This document shows positions 14,030-23,377 of a stretch of 32,000 nucleotides of DNA, piece by piece. The notes beneath the pieces are model-generated. The model made no database searches. It was not told the origin of the DNA and saw nothing but the letters and a program-made list of their open reading frames with translations. Location: assembly GCF_000012805.1 (NCBI RefSeq), contig NC_007484.1:450001-482000 (forward strand), written 5' to 3'. The first letter of the stretch is position 1; each line of letters begins with the position of its first letter. The stretch is from Nitrosococcus oceani ATCC 19707. Lineage in GTDB: Bacteria > Pseudomonadota > Gammaproteobacteria > Nitrosococcales > Nitrosococcaceae. Made by a program: the position numbers and the translations under genes.

Positions 14030-14764
14030 GTGCTCACCGATTTTCTGCTTGTGCTGACCTACGCCCTGCTGCCGGCAGGGGGTAATCTAATAGGCGTTGC
14101 TCTTGCGGAGCACTTGCGCTCCCCGCGCTGGGTTATTGGGGCTGCCTTGCATGGCGCCGCGGGTATTGCCATCGCACTGGTTGCGGTCGATTTAATGCCA
14201 CGCATCCTTGAGACAATTCCAATGTGGGTCATTGTCATCGCTTTCCTGTGTGGCGCTGGGTTCTCGCTGTTATTATGGCAGGGCGCTAGAGCGTTACGCG
14301 GTCAGTTTGGCGGAACTCGCACTGGGGCTTTGATGGTCTATATTGTCATCGGCGCTGATCTATTTAGCGACGGCCTGATGACCGGTGCGGGTTCAGCGAT
14401 TACCAGCGACCTCGGTCTGCTGATTGGCATGACCCAGGCAGTAGCTAATATCCCTGGCGGTTTTGCGACCACCAAGAATCTTCAAGATAATAAAGTGCCA
14501 CGCGGCCGGCGCTGGCTGCTTTGTTTCTTTATGTTCCTGCTGGTCGCAGCAAGCGCTACGATGGGTTTTTGGCTGCTGGGCGGACAGAATGATTTCGTTC
14601 AGCATGCCGCGCTTGCCTTTATCGTCGGCCTGCTGTTGCTGGCCACCATCGAGGATATGATTCCGGAGGGCGATCGGCCACAGCCATCGCGCTGGATTTC
14701 AACGCTGTCCTTTGCCGGCGGCTTTGTGGGCCTCAGTCTCGCCGTGGCTTATCTATCCCTATAG
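14030..14764 (+). CDS. ZIP-family divalent metal transporter
   Basis: 244 aa, multi-TM. GTG start with AAGGAG upstream. It has a ZIP-like organisation and the motif ATIEDMIPEG. Confidence 0.6.
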   Translation: MLTDFLLVLTYALLPAGGNLIGVALAEHLRSPRWVIGAALHGAAGIAIALVAVDLMPRILETIPMWVIVIAFLCGAGFSLLLWQGARALRGQFGGTRTGALMVYIVIGADLFSDGLMTGAGSAITSDLGLLIGMTQAVANIPGGFATTKNLQDNKVPRGRRWLLCFFMFLLVAASATMGFWLLGGQNDFVQHAALAFIVGLLLLATIEDMIPEGDRPQPSRWISTLSFAGGFVGLSLAVAYLSL

Positions 14765-14858
14765 CGTTTTTTTTGTGGATCAGCCGCCTGCTCGTCCCGA
14801 ACGGTACTGCTGCGAAGGCTGTGGATCATACTCTGGCATGATTCGCCTATTGGGAGGG

Positions 14859-15050
14859 ATCGTGAGGGTGGTACCGATTACGTATCGCGTCGCCGCTTGC
14901 CGTGATCCGAAGGACGATAAATTTCTCAATGTGGCCCTTAACGGCGAGGCGGAGATCATTGTGACCGGAGATGCGGATTTGCTGACGTTAAATCCGTTTC
15001 ACGAGGTCGATATTATTGCTCCTGCGGCATTTCTTAAGAGAGCAGAGTAA
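14859..15050 (+). pseudogene. C-terminal fragment of a PIN-domain (PIN_3-type) toxin gene
   Basis: ...VAACRDPKDDKFLNVALNGEAEIIVTGDADLLTLNPFHEVDIIAPAAFL matches the C-terminal third of PIN_3-family proteins. The N-terminal PIN residues are absent. Confidence 0.55.
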
Positions 15051-15054
15051 ACAC

Positions 15055-15133
15055 GTAGGGCGGGAAAGCGGAGCGCATCCCGCCGAAATCGATCTCCCTT
15101 CATGGCGGGATGCGCTTCGCTTTCCCGCCCTAC
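15055..15133. repeat. long hairpin: 30-bp stem, 19-nt loop
   Basis: GTAGGGCGGGAAAGCGGAGCGCATCCCGCC (15055-15084) is complementary to 15104-15133 with one mismatch. Confidence 0.6.
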
Positions 15134-15198
15134 CTTGACTCTTAAGCGCCTAAGTCGAGGGCTAATCAAAAGCAGCCGCCCAACTAAGGAGAAATCAC

Positions 15199-17142
15199 AT
15201 GCGTTATGTGTGGATTGTTCTGTTACTGGTCGCAACCTTTGGAACCGCTTCTTATGGAGGTAAATCCGCCATCCATACAGAAGAAGTTGATCCCTCTGTA
15301 TTGCCACCCATATACGTTGATGAAGACGAGTGGGGTAATTTATTTAGAACCAGTTTGACTTTCGATCCGGAAAGCGGCACTTATACGATAGAGGAAGTTT
15401 ACCTGGATGAAGCGGATATCGCTGAGCTAAGAGCGGAGGGTTTTCGAATTGGGATCTCGCCTGCGGAGCCAAGCACCACCCAGGCGGCCCCATGGCGCCC
15501 CCTGTGTCCGGAAGAGGTCTCCTGCGTGGAGCCCCAGATCTTTATGACCCCAGGACGATCGGAGTTATTGCCTCCCGCCCTGGCCCCCCTGGTAAGGACA
15601 GATAGCGTGTGGTTGCAGTATTCCGATAAGTTCAAGTTTGAACCCTATCAAAATCGTCCACGGGGCATATTTCGACTTCATCCGCCCCAAACGGCCCTAG
15701 AAATCCTGTTACCCCTTAAAGACTCTCCCTTAGAAACACCCAACCCTGATCCGGACTCCTCGGATGTGGACGAGGTCTTTGATCCGCCTAATATTCAGCC
15801 TACTTATCTGAATGTATCGGATTTTAACGCCATTGAAGCTGAAGATGGCAGTACCCTGGTCTTTGGCCTCTATGGAATGTTCCGGTTATCCCCCGAAGGC
15901 GAACTCATCGACGCCCTTAATTGGGCGGGCCGCAGCATAGTGGGTTTGAATAATGCCGCCTTCACCGGTCCGCCAGTTAGAGTGCAGGATTCTCTTTTTG
16001 TAGGGATTCGAGGTGCTGGTGGGCAATATATTTACCACAGTGAGGATGATGGCCTCACCTGGCAGGAGCAGTTAGCGAGTCATCGTCTGGGGGATGATCG
16101 TTATAATCTGGTAGCTAATCCGGAAGGCACGGGACTGTGGGCGATTACCTCCGAGTTTTTTGACCGTCCGGCGGAACTGCGGGAATCCCTGGATTTGGGT
16201 GCCACCTGGCAGCGGGTGGACGATGGCAGCTTCCCGGCCCATACGGTGCGGGTAGCCCATGATCCGGGCGATCCCCAGGTGGCCTATGCCCTCTCGGGGC
16301 AAGGCTTGTACCGGAGCGAAGATCGGGGCGTATCCTGGCACTTGACCGCCTTGCAGGAGCCGGTCCATGGGCTGGCCTTTGTGCCCCAAGAGGCGCCCCT
16401 GCCCCCGCTGCTGGTGGCGGGCACCGACACGGGGGTTAAGGTGACCCCGGCGCCTTTCAGTGACTGGAAAGCCTGGAAACCCCTGAGCAACGGTCTGCTG
16501 GCTATTCCCCATACGGTGGTCTATACGGACGGCCTGCTGATAGGCGTGAGCGCCGCCGGCTATTTTGTTTGCCCCCAGACTGATTGCTTTGGGGAGGGCC
16601 AAGTCGTGCCGGCGGAAGAGGCGCGGGGAGAAGCCAAGGTGACGGAATTTTTCAATGTCGATTTAGGCCATTATTTTATGACGGCTTCCCCAGAGGATGT
16701 CGCTACCATTGAGGCCGGCGGAGCGGGACCTGGCTGGGAGCGGACCGGCCATACCTTTCAAGCCTGGAGCCTGTTAGGCAGCAACGTAGGGGTGTATCTG
16801 TGCCGTTTCTATGGCTCCGTCTCCCCCGGCCCCAATAGTCATTTCTTTACCCCCTCTCCCCAGGAGTGCGGCTTGTTGCTGGATCTACAAGCCCAAACGC
16901 CCCCCACCGCGCCCCGCTGGAACTTCGAGGGCTATGCCTTCATGGCTATCCCCGCCCAGGGCAAGGGGGAGGCTCAGCACTGCCCCGAGGCATTCGCTCC
17001 CGTCTACCGAGCCTATAACAATGGCTTTGCCCGGGGGGAGGAGAGCAACCACCGTTTTGTGACCGACCGGACTTTGCTCACGCCCTTAGTGGCCGGAGGC
17101 TGGGTAGAGGAAGGCATCGCTTTTTGCGTGCCACCCCAATAG
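15199..17142 (+). CDS. exported BNR/Asp-box repeat protein
   Basis: 647 aa. It has a signal peptide, Asp-boxes SEDDGLTW, SLDLGATW and SEDRGVSW, and a C-terminal region with NSHFFT...NHRF-type repeats. Confidence 0.65.
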   Translation: MRYVWIVLLLVATFGTASYGGKSAIHTEEVDPSVLPPIYVDEDEWGNLFRTSLTFDPESGTYTIEEVYLDEADIAELRAEGFRIGISPAEPSTTQAAPWRPLCPEEVSCVEPQIFMTPGRSELLPPALAPLVRTDSVWLQYSDKFKFEPYQNRPRGIFRLHPPQTALEILLPLKDSPLETPNPDPDSSDVDEVFDPPNIQPTYLNVSDFNAIEAEDGSTLVFGLYGMFRLSPEGELIDALNWAGRSIVGLNNAAFTGPPVRVQDSLFVGIRGAGGQYIYHSEDDGLTWQEQLASHRLGDDRYNLVANPEGTGLWAITSEFFDRPAELRESLDLGATWQRVDDGSFPAHTVRVAHDPGDPQVAYALSGQGLYRSEDRGVSWHLTALQEPVHGLAFVPQEAPLPPLLVAGTDTGVKVTPAPFSDWKAWKPLSNGLLAIPHTVVYTDGLLIGVSAAGYFVCPQTDCFGEGQVVPAEEARGEAKVTEFFNVDLGHYFMTASPEDVATIEAGGAGPGWERTGHTFQAWSLLGSNVGVYLCRFYGSVSPGPNSHFFTPSPQECGLLLDLQAQTPPTAPRWNFEGYAFMAIPAQGKGEAQHCPEAFAPVYRAYNNGFARGEESNHRFVTDRTLLTPLVAGGWVEEGIAFCVPPQ

Positions 17143-17150
17143 AAAAAATC

Positions 17151-17195
17151 AGCAGGAGGCATGGAGGAACAGGGAAGGTGCCTCCTGCTCTTTAT
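17151..17195. terminator. hairpin between convergent genes (likely bidirectional terminator)
   Basis: AGCAGGAGGCA (17151-17161) pairs with TGCCTCCTGCT (17179-17189). Flanked by A-rich and T-rich runs. Confidence 0.55.
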
Positions 17196-17198
17196 CCT

Positions 17199-19688
17199 TT
17201 AAACTTGCCGCAATGTTTCCGAGGGTGGTACTTGCAGCACCGAGCGGGTACCTAAAAGGCCGGCAAGGCTCACACCCAGGCTGCCGGCTAGCAAGCCGAG
17301 AATAAGTAGCCAGCCGTTGAAATGAAAACCAGTATGCAGTACCCGTTCCGCCAGTACATAGCCAATAGCAAGGGCGCCAATGGCGGCTACAGTTCCTGCT
17401 ACCGCTCCCAGGGAGAGAAATTCCGCCGCTAGGCCGCGCACGATAGTGCCTCTGCTTGCTCCCAGGGTTCGAAATACGGCGCTTTCATGGCGTCGTTCAT
17501 CATTGGTGGATTGAATAGCGGCGAATAACACCACCAGCCCCGCGGCTACGGTGAAAATAAAAATGAATTCAACCGCCAGGGTAACCCGATCAATGATAGT
17601 TCTGATTTGTGCCATCAATGCTTTTACATCGAGAATAGTGACGCTGGGAAATTGCTTTACCAAGGCGGTTGGAAGCGCGTTATTGCCTTCCGGCAAATAA
17701 AAACTGGTCAAATAGGTGCCAGGCGAATCATCCAGCAATCCTGGTGAAGCCATGACGAAAAAGTTAGGATTAAAGGAGTTCCATTCAATAGCCCGCAAGC
17801 TGCTGACCGGGGCCTCAATTTTTTTACCGGCTACCTGAAAGGTGAGGGAATCGCCCAGTTTGATTCCGAGGGTTTCGGCCAGATCAACTTCTACCGAAAA
17901 CTGAGGCGGGGGTGAGGGTTGGGAGGACCACCAGTCGCCGGCCACGATGTGGTTATCGGTTTGGAGTTTAGCGGCCCAAGTGAGGTGAAATTCACGCTGG
18001 GAAAGCCGTTGGGCGCGCGGGTCGCGGTAAGACCTTTCCGCAATGGGAGTCCCATTGATGGCGATTAAGCGGCCGTGGATATTAGGGTAAAGCCGGGGCA
18101 CGGGTTGGCCTTGCTCAGCAAAAAAAGTTTGCACGGCCTCGACCTGGTCCGGCTGGATATTGATGACAAAATGATTAGGGGCATCGGGAGGGAGATTAGC
18201 TTGCCAGTTCGCCAGCAAATCAGAGCGTACCACGGTGAGTAGCAGCATCACCATGATCCCCAGTCCCAGGGCGATAGTCTGCACGATGCTGCTTCCCGCC
18301 CGCCGCGCCAGGCTGGCAAGGCCATAACGCCAGGCTACGCCCACCCGTGGGCGTAGCAGTTTTAGCCCGTTGATGAGCAGCCAGGAGCAAGCCGCCAGCA
18401 CCGAGACGGTCAAGAGGCTGCCACCAAGAACATAGAGGGTTAAGGTCATTTCTCCCGACCGCCAGGGAATAAGCGCCGCAATGGCGATGAACGCGCCTAA
18501 ATAGACCTTATAGCCACCCTGCTGAGCACTTTCCCTATCCCGGTACAGTACCCGGGAAGGTGACACATCCTTGAGCCGCATCAGGGGCGGCAAGGCAAAG
18601 CCGAGCAGGGCAATGAGGCCCGTCAGGGTACCGGTCAGCAGGGGCAAGAGAGAGGCGGGGGGCAGTTCACTTTGAAAGAGTTGAATCATGAGATAGGCCA
18701 GCACCGATTGGGCGAGCCAAGCCACCACGCAACCGAGAAGGCTGGTGATGAGCCCCAGCCACAGCATGGTCATAGCATAGGTTTGGATAATCCATCTTTG
18801 GGTTGCGCCCAGGCAGCGCATGATGGCGCAGTTGTCCTGGTGCCGATCCGCGTATCGCCGCGCTGCAATGGCAATGGCCACACCCGCCAGGAAAACGCTT
18901 GTCAGGGCCGCCAGGGTGAGGAACTGATCGGCCCGCTGGAGAGCGGTCCGCAGCTCTGGCCGTCCATCCCGGACCCCCATCACCCGGGCATGGTCTGGCG
19001 CATGGATTCCGGCCCAGTGCTTATAGGATAGAATCTCCCGTTGGGGACCCGCCAGGAGCAGGCGGTAGCGGGCCTGGCTTCCCGGCAGCAATAAGCCGGT
19101 ACGCTCCACATCCTTAAAATTTATTAACAGCCGGGGGGCGATATTGAAAACCTGAGTTCCCCGATCCGGCTCCAGGAACAAGAGTTTGTCTACTACTAAG
19201 CGTAACTGTCCTAGATCAATTTCATCGCCTACTGTTCGTTGGAGGGTCTGGGTGAGCTGAGGATCCATCCATACCGTGCCAGGCGGCGGGGTTTGCTTAG
19301 TTGCCCCAGGTTCCGTAAAGGGATCTTCCCCCACCATTAACCGGCCCCGCAGGGGATAATTTTCCTCAACGGCTTTGATCTCCGTGAGCTGTAGCCGATC
19401 GCCCGCGGGCACCATGCTCCGAAAGGAGACAGTCTGGGAGGTTTTCAGCCCCAGGGTATGAGCCTGAGTGGTAAATGTTTCTGGCAACGGCTCGCGGGAT
19501 TCCACCACCAGATCCCCGCCTAGCACCGTCCCGGCTTCCGTTTCCATGGCCTGGCGCAGCCGTTCAACGAAAAAATTAACGGTGGTAACGGCGCTCACCG
19601 CGATGATAAGGGCCATGGCGATTAACCGGATTTCGCCAGAACGCCAGTCCCGCTTCAGGGTAGCAAGGGAGAACGCTAATATTTTCAT
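17199..19688 (-). CDS. ybbP: YbbP-like ABC transporter permease (two FtsX-like domains)
   Basis: 829 aa, multi-TM. 4-nt overlap with the upstream ATPase gene. The ybbA-ybbP / tesA divergent arrangement matches enterobacteria. Confidence 0.75.
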   Translation of the reverse strand: MKILAFSLATLKRDWRSGEIRLIAMALIIAVSAVTTVNFFVERLRQAMETEAGTVLGGDLVVESREPLPETFTTQAHTLGLKTSQTVSFRSMVPAGDRLQLTEIKAVEENYPLRGRLMVGEDPFTEPGATKQTPPPGTVWMDPQLTQTLQRTVGDEIDLGQLRLVVDKLLFLEPDRGTQVFNIAPRLLINFKDVERTGLLLPGSQARYRLLLAGPQREILSYKHWAGIHAPDHARVMGVRDGRPELRTALQRADQFLTLAALTSVFLAGVAIAIAARRYADRHQDNCAIMRCLGATQRWIIQTYAMTMLWLGLITSLLGCVVAWLAQSVLAYLMIQLFQSELPPASLLPLLTGTLTGLIALLGFALPPLMRLKDVSPSRVLYRDRESAQQGGYKVYLGAFIAIAALIPWRSGEMTLTLYVLGGSLLTVSVLAACSWLLINGLKLLRPRVGVAWRYGLASLARRAGSSIVQTIALGLGIMVMLLLTVVRSDLLANWQANLPPDAPNHFVINIQPDQVEAVQTFFAEQGQPVPRLYPNIHGRLIAINGTPIAERSYRDPRAQRLSQREFHLTWAAKLQTDNHIVAGDWWSSQPSPPPQFSVEVDLAETLGIKLGDSLTFQVAGKKIEAPVSSLRAIEWNSFNPNFFVMASPGLLDDSPGTYLTSFYLPEGNNALPTALVKQFPSVTILDVKALMAQIRTIIDRVTLAVEFIFIFTVAAGLVVLFAAIQSTNDERRHESAVFRTLGASRGTIVRGLAAEFLSLGAVAGTVAAIGALAIGYVLAERVLHTGFHFNGWLLILGLLAGSLGVSLAGLLGTRSVLQVPPSETLRQV

Positions 19689-20404
19689 GACGTCTGCTTC
19701 CAGGGCAGTAGTGACCGACGGTTAGAAGAGGAGGGTAGCAGGCGGCCATTATCCAGGGCCAGGGTGCGGTCACAATGCTTGGTCAGGGTTTTATCATGGG
19801 TGACCAGCACTAGCGTGGCGCCATGTTCTCTTTTCATGGTAAACAGGAGATCGCTGATTTTAGCGCTGGTTTGGCTGTCCAAATTGCCGGTGGGCTCATC
19901 GGCAAAGAGGATGGATGGGCGGGGCGCAAAGGCGCGGGCGATGGCGACCCGTTGTTGCTCGCCGCCCGAGAGCTGATTAGGATAGTGGCCAGTTCGAGAG
20001 CCCAGGCCAACGGCCGCCAGCTCCGCCAAGGCGGCTTCCCGTGGTTGAGTGTGCCCCCCCAGCTCCAGGCCCAGCATAACGTTTTCCAGGGCGGTGAGAT
20101 TGGGCAGGAGATGAAAGCTCTGAAAGATGAAACCCACCCGGTCGCTGCGTAACTGAGCCCGCCCGTCTTCATCCAGGGTCTGCAAGTCGACGCCATCTAA
20201 AATAACCCGCCCGGAGGTCGGTGTGTCCAGACCGGCCAGTAGCCCCAGCAAGGTGGATTTACCGGAACCGGAAGCGCCAATAACCGCCAAGGCTTCAGCA
20301 GGCGCGATGGAAAAGCTGATATCATCCAGTATGGTTAGTAGGCCCTCTGGGCTTTCCACCCGTTTGGTAAGGTGTTCTGCGCGTATGATGAGATTATTCG
20401 CCAT
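19685..20404 (-). CDS. ybbA: YbbA-like ABC transporter ATP-binding protein
   Basis: Walker A GASGSGKST, signature LSGGEQQR and Walker B ILFADEPT. Confidence 0.85.
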   Translation of the reverse strand: MANNLIIRAEHLTKRVESPEGLLTILDDISFSIAPAEALAVIGASGSGKSTLLGLLAGLDTPTSGRVILDGVDLQTLDEDGRAQLRSDRVGFIFQSFHLLPNLTALENVMLGLELGGHTQPREAALAELAAVGLGSRTGHYPNQLSGGEQQRVAIARAFAPRPSILFADEPTGNLDSQTSAKISDLLFTMKREHGATLVLVTHDKTLTKHCDRTLALDNGRLLPSSSNRRSLLPWKQTS

Positions 20405-21032
20405 ATTTCGATTCAGTGTATTAGTGGGTTTACTGCTTCAGCCCATTGTCCCAGGAGCTGCGGCTCAGCCAGCCATTATCATTCTAGGAGACAGCCTTAG
20501 CGCCAGCTATGGTCTTTCCCTAGAGCAAGGCTGGGTGGCCCGTCTTCAGGAACGATTACTTCGTAAAGGCTACCCTTATCAGGTGGTGAATGCCAGTATT
20601 AGCGGAGAAACCACCCGGGGGGCGCTTGCCCGCCTGGATTCCCTGCTGGCGGCCCATCAGCCGGAAATTGTGGTGGTTGAACTGGGAGGCAATGATGGCT
20701 TGCGTGGCTTGTCCCTGACGGAAATGCGCCGAAATTTTTCCCGGATTATTGAAAAATCCCAGCAGAGCGGCGCTCAGGTGTTGCTCGTTAGAATGCGTCT
20801 GCCGCCTAACTACGGACCTTTATATACCGAGCGGTTTGAGCAGTTATTTACCGATCTGAAGGATGAATACGGGGTGGCAACCGCGCCCTTCATCCTCCGA
20901 GGGATCGCCACTCAGGCGGAATTAATGCAAGCGGATGGCATTCATCCCCGCGCCGAGGCCCAGACATTAATGCTGGATAATATCTGGCCGGCATTAACGC
21001 CCTTGTTGCAGGTGGATAAGGCTGAAAAATAA
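20385..21032 (+). CDS. tesA: TesA-like SGNH arylesterase/thioesterase (exported)
   Basis: Signal peptide followed by GDSLSASYG (SGNH block I), GGNDG and DGIHP blocks. The start is uncertain: ATG 20385 or 20388 would overlap the ybbA start. The upstream part of track ORF 20223 is antisense to ybbA. Confidence 0.7.
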   Translation: MMRLFAIFRFSVLVGLLLQPIVPGAAAQPAIIILGDSLSASYGLSLEQGWVARLQERLLRKGYPYQVVNASISGETTRGALARLDSLLAAHQPEIVVVELGGNDGLRGLSLTEMRRNFSRIIEKSQQSGAQVLLVRMRLPPNYGPLYTERFEQLFTDLKDEYGVATAPFILRGIATQAELMQADGIHPRAEAQTLMLDNIWPALTPLLQVDKAEK

Positions 21033-21113
21033 AACCTTAGTTGCGCGCCGGGAGTTGCCGTTGACAGTCGTGGATTAGTGGAATCTGGCAGCTACCTTCT
21101 TGCTTCTTGATAT

Positions 21114-21539
21114 ATGATTACCGTAACACCACACATTCAGCTCAGAGAGGAAGAACTCCACTTCCAGTTTGTGCTTGCCTCCGGCCCCGGCGGTCAAAAC
21201 GTGAACAAGGTAGCGACGGCGGTGCAATTGCGCTTTGATGCCGCCCATTCTCCCTCCCTGCCCGAGGATGTCCGTCAACGGTTGATGAAACTGGCGGGCA
21301 ACCGCCTTACCAAGGAAGGGGAGTTGCTGATAACCGCCAAGCGATTTCGCAGCCAGGAGCGTAACCGTCAGGATGCTATCAAGCGCCTGGTCGCCCTCCT
21401 ACAGCAAGCGGCGGAAAAACCCAAGCCGAGGCGTTTGAGGAAGCCTTCGCGGGCCGCCAAGCAACGGCGCCTGGAGGAGAAACGCCGCCGTGGGGAACAG
21501 AAGCAAGCCCGGCGCTCGGTGAAGGTTTTGCCGGATTGA
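21114..21539 (+). CDS. arfB: alternative ribosome-rescue factor ArfB (peptidyl-tRNA hydrolase)
   Basis: 141 aa with GPGGQNVNKV (GGQ motif) and a basic C-terminal tail. Confidence 0.85.
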   Translation: MITVTPHIQLREEELHFQFVLASGPGGQNVNKVATAVQLRFDAAHSPSLPEDVRQRLMKLAGNRLTKEGELLITAKRFRSQERNRQDAIKRLVALLQQAAEKPKPRRLRKPSRAAKQRRLEEKRRRGEQKQARRSVKVLPD

Positions 21540-21559
21540 GGATGAACGGAGAACTTTTC

Positions 21560-21600
21560 AAGTAACTCATACTGAATTCATCCTATGAGTTACTTTTTCT
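21560..21600 (+). terminator. rho-independent terminator after arfB
   Basis: AAGTAACTCAT (21560-21570) pairs with ATGAGTTACTT (21585-21595), followed by TTTCT. Confidence 0.65.
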
Positions 21601-21991
21601 GGTTGATGGTAGGACACTTTTGTGCGTTGCCTGGAGCCAATGACTATGCTGACGGTGTATTGGCTCTCCAGTACTCGTAAACTTGCTCCGCCAGCCAAAT
21701 GAGTTCGACTGGATTCTGGCCAATAGCCTTTTCTTCTTCAGGAGTAAGACGAACTTTTAACGGTTCTGGGACATATTCTTCCTCCACATAGCCAGGTTCC
21801 ACATACCTTTCTTTTTCCACTTCTGAAACAGAGCCAAGGCATTTTCTGCTGATAAGTATACCTCAGCCCTATCGCTAGCGGCAGGAACGCGACGTCAGGA
21901 GCGTCCCTTGCTCGCACTTGTTAGGATTTGTCATTTTATTGAAACATACTCATTATTAAATAGCACTTAATGTGACCCTGATAGAGTATTT

Positions 21992-22432
21992 ATGAAAGAT
22001 AATACAATCACACCTGATCCAACCTACAAAACATACCTATTATCCAATGAATGGCACTCTGTAATCATTGGTTTTTTTATTGGAATATTCATGATCACCA
22101 TTTATTTCTGGATGGCTTCTGGATTTATTAATTTGTTAATCCATCTGTATCATTCTTATCCAGATAATTGGACTCATGAAGCTGAAAACATGATTAAAGA
22201 TACAGTAGTTATTCTTGCCTCATTTGAGCTTATTCGAGTCTTCCAGTCCTATCTGTTAATTGGGCGCGTAAAGGTTACCTTTATTCTTGATGTTGCACTC
22301 GTGGTACTGATTGGTGAATTAATAAGTCTTTGGTATGTCGAAAACGATGCGAATGAAGTATTACTGAATATTTTTGTCATCGCATCATTGATAGCTTTTC
22401 GAATCATAACTACAAAGTTTTCTCCTGATTGA
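21992..22432 (+). CDS. small integral membrane protein (PsiE-like)
   Basis: 146 aa with four hydrophobic segments. The gene is visibly AT-rich compared with its neighbours. The resemblance to PsiE is weak and by eye only. Confidence 0.4.
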   Translation: MKDNTITPDPTYKTYLLSNEWHSVIIGFFIGIFMITIYFWMASGFINLLIHLYHSYPDNWTHEAENMIKDTVVILASFELIRVFQSYLLIGRVKVTFILDVALVVLIGELISLWYVENDANEVLLNIFVIASLIAFRIITTKFSPD

Positions 22433-22704
22433 GCGAAGCGAACGACGTTGAGCACCTTGTTATACGCTTTCATCTTCAGGCTTGTTTTTTGGAAGTGATA
22501 CGACTTCTATTCAGAGCTTGCTATAACCGGTTGCTAAATGCTTAAGATGCTTTGAAATCTTGGTAAGCTCTCCTGGGATTTTGATAGTTGGTTTTTCTGC
22601 CGCAACGGTATGAGCGTACGACTCAATATCTAGCAGACAATAAATGGCTGGCATCTTCTTTCTGCCTTTGAACTAGCGAATGATCCATTCTCTGGTCTTT
22701 TTAC

Positions 22705-22806
22705 GTATAACGGGTCGAAGTTGAGTGACACCCTGCACGGAGGGGGCGCTCAGGATGAGTGCTTCGCGCCGCCGTGGCGACTGGGGGTTCAACTTTGACC
22801 TATCAA
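22705..22806 (+). other. attC-like relic
   Basis: R'' GTATAAC (22705-22711), L'' GTTGAGT and L' GGTTCAAC with 12-bp complementary arms, but the R' core is destroyed (…GACC|TATCAA). CGTATAA complements TTATACG at 22460-22466, i.e. the start of a ~340-bp cassette-like unit. Confidence 0.4.
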
Positions 22807-22855
22807 ACCGATCACCTGCCGCGACCGAAGGGAGCAGTCCACGTGCATGGACCTA

Positions 22856-23125
22856 TTAGGTTTTATCCTTGTATACATCGCCACGCGGTCCAATATGGTC
22901 TACATAGACGACATTCTTGAGTTCATCAATCCAAAAAATGATCCGAACATTGCCTACTCGTATTCTACGATAACCTGCCCAATCACCGACCATACTCTTA
23001 ATACCTGATAATCCAAGCGGACCGTTCTTCATCTGGGCCAGTACATGTTTTATTTTGACTTGCTGATCTTGAGGCAGTTTTCTCAAATAACGAGCAGCCC
23101 GGCGATGTACCACAATTGCATACAT
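22856..23125 (-). CDS. relE: RelE/ParE-family toxin
   Basis: 89 aa. ...GDWAGYRRIRVGNVRIIFWIDELKNVVYVDHIGPRGDVY is typical of RelE/StbE. Confidence 0.75.
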   Translation of the reverse strand: MYAIVVHRRAARYLRKLPQDQQVKIKHVLAQMKNGPLGLSGIKSMVGDWAGYRRIRVGNVRIIFWIDELKNVVYVDHIGPRGDVYKDKT

Positions 23126-23127
23126 GA

Positions 23128-23325
23128 TCAGATGCTATCCAGATCTATGTAGGCGTCGCGTTTGCCGCTCTCTCTGTCTTCACGAGCCTGTCTCAAATCT
23201 TCCAGATCTTCTGAATCTAAATCTAAGCCCAAAATTTCTGCAAGTTCTTGAAATTCATCCCATGGGATGATTACCTCTTGCGGATTGCCTTGTTCGTCAA
23301 CAACTATTTTTTTATGAATGTTCAT
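23128..23325 (-). CDS. antitoxin of the RelE-type toxin (Phd/YefM- or RelB-like)
   Basis: Start at MNIHKKIVVDEQGNPQEVIIPWDEFQEL. It has an acidic C-terminus and ends 2 nt before the relE start. Confidence 0.6.
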   Translation of the reverse strand: MNIHKKIVVDEQGNPQEVIIPWDEFQELAEILGLDLDSEDLEDLRQAREDRESGKRDAYIDLDSI

Positions 23326-23377
23326 CAGGGCGTTTACTCCACAGCGCCTAACGGGTCGGCGCACTTGACAGGATTCT

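Noticed and set aside
20223-20384. N-terminal 54-codon extension of the tesA-like ORF
   Set aside because: It is antisense to the ybbA 5' coding region, and the signal peptide begins only at MMRLFAIF. The shorter start is used.
21644-21820. 58-aa minus-strand ORF (GTG start) downstream of arfB: …LKVRLTPEEEKAIGQNPVELIWLAEQVYEYWRAN…
   Set aside because: It has no ATG, no clear RBS and no recognisable family, and it is below the track threshold. It might be a remnant at the edge of the accessory block.
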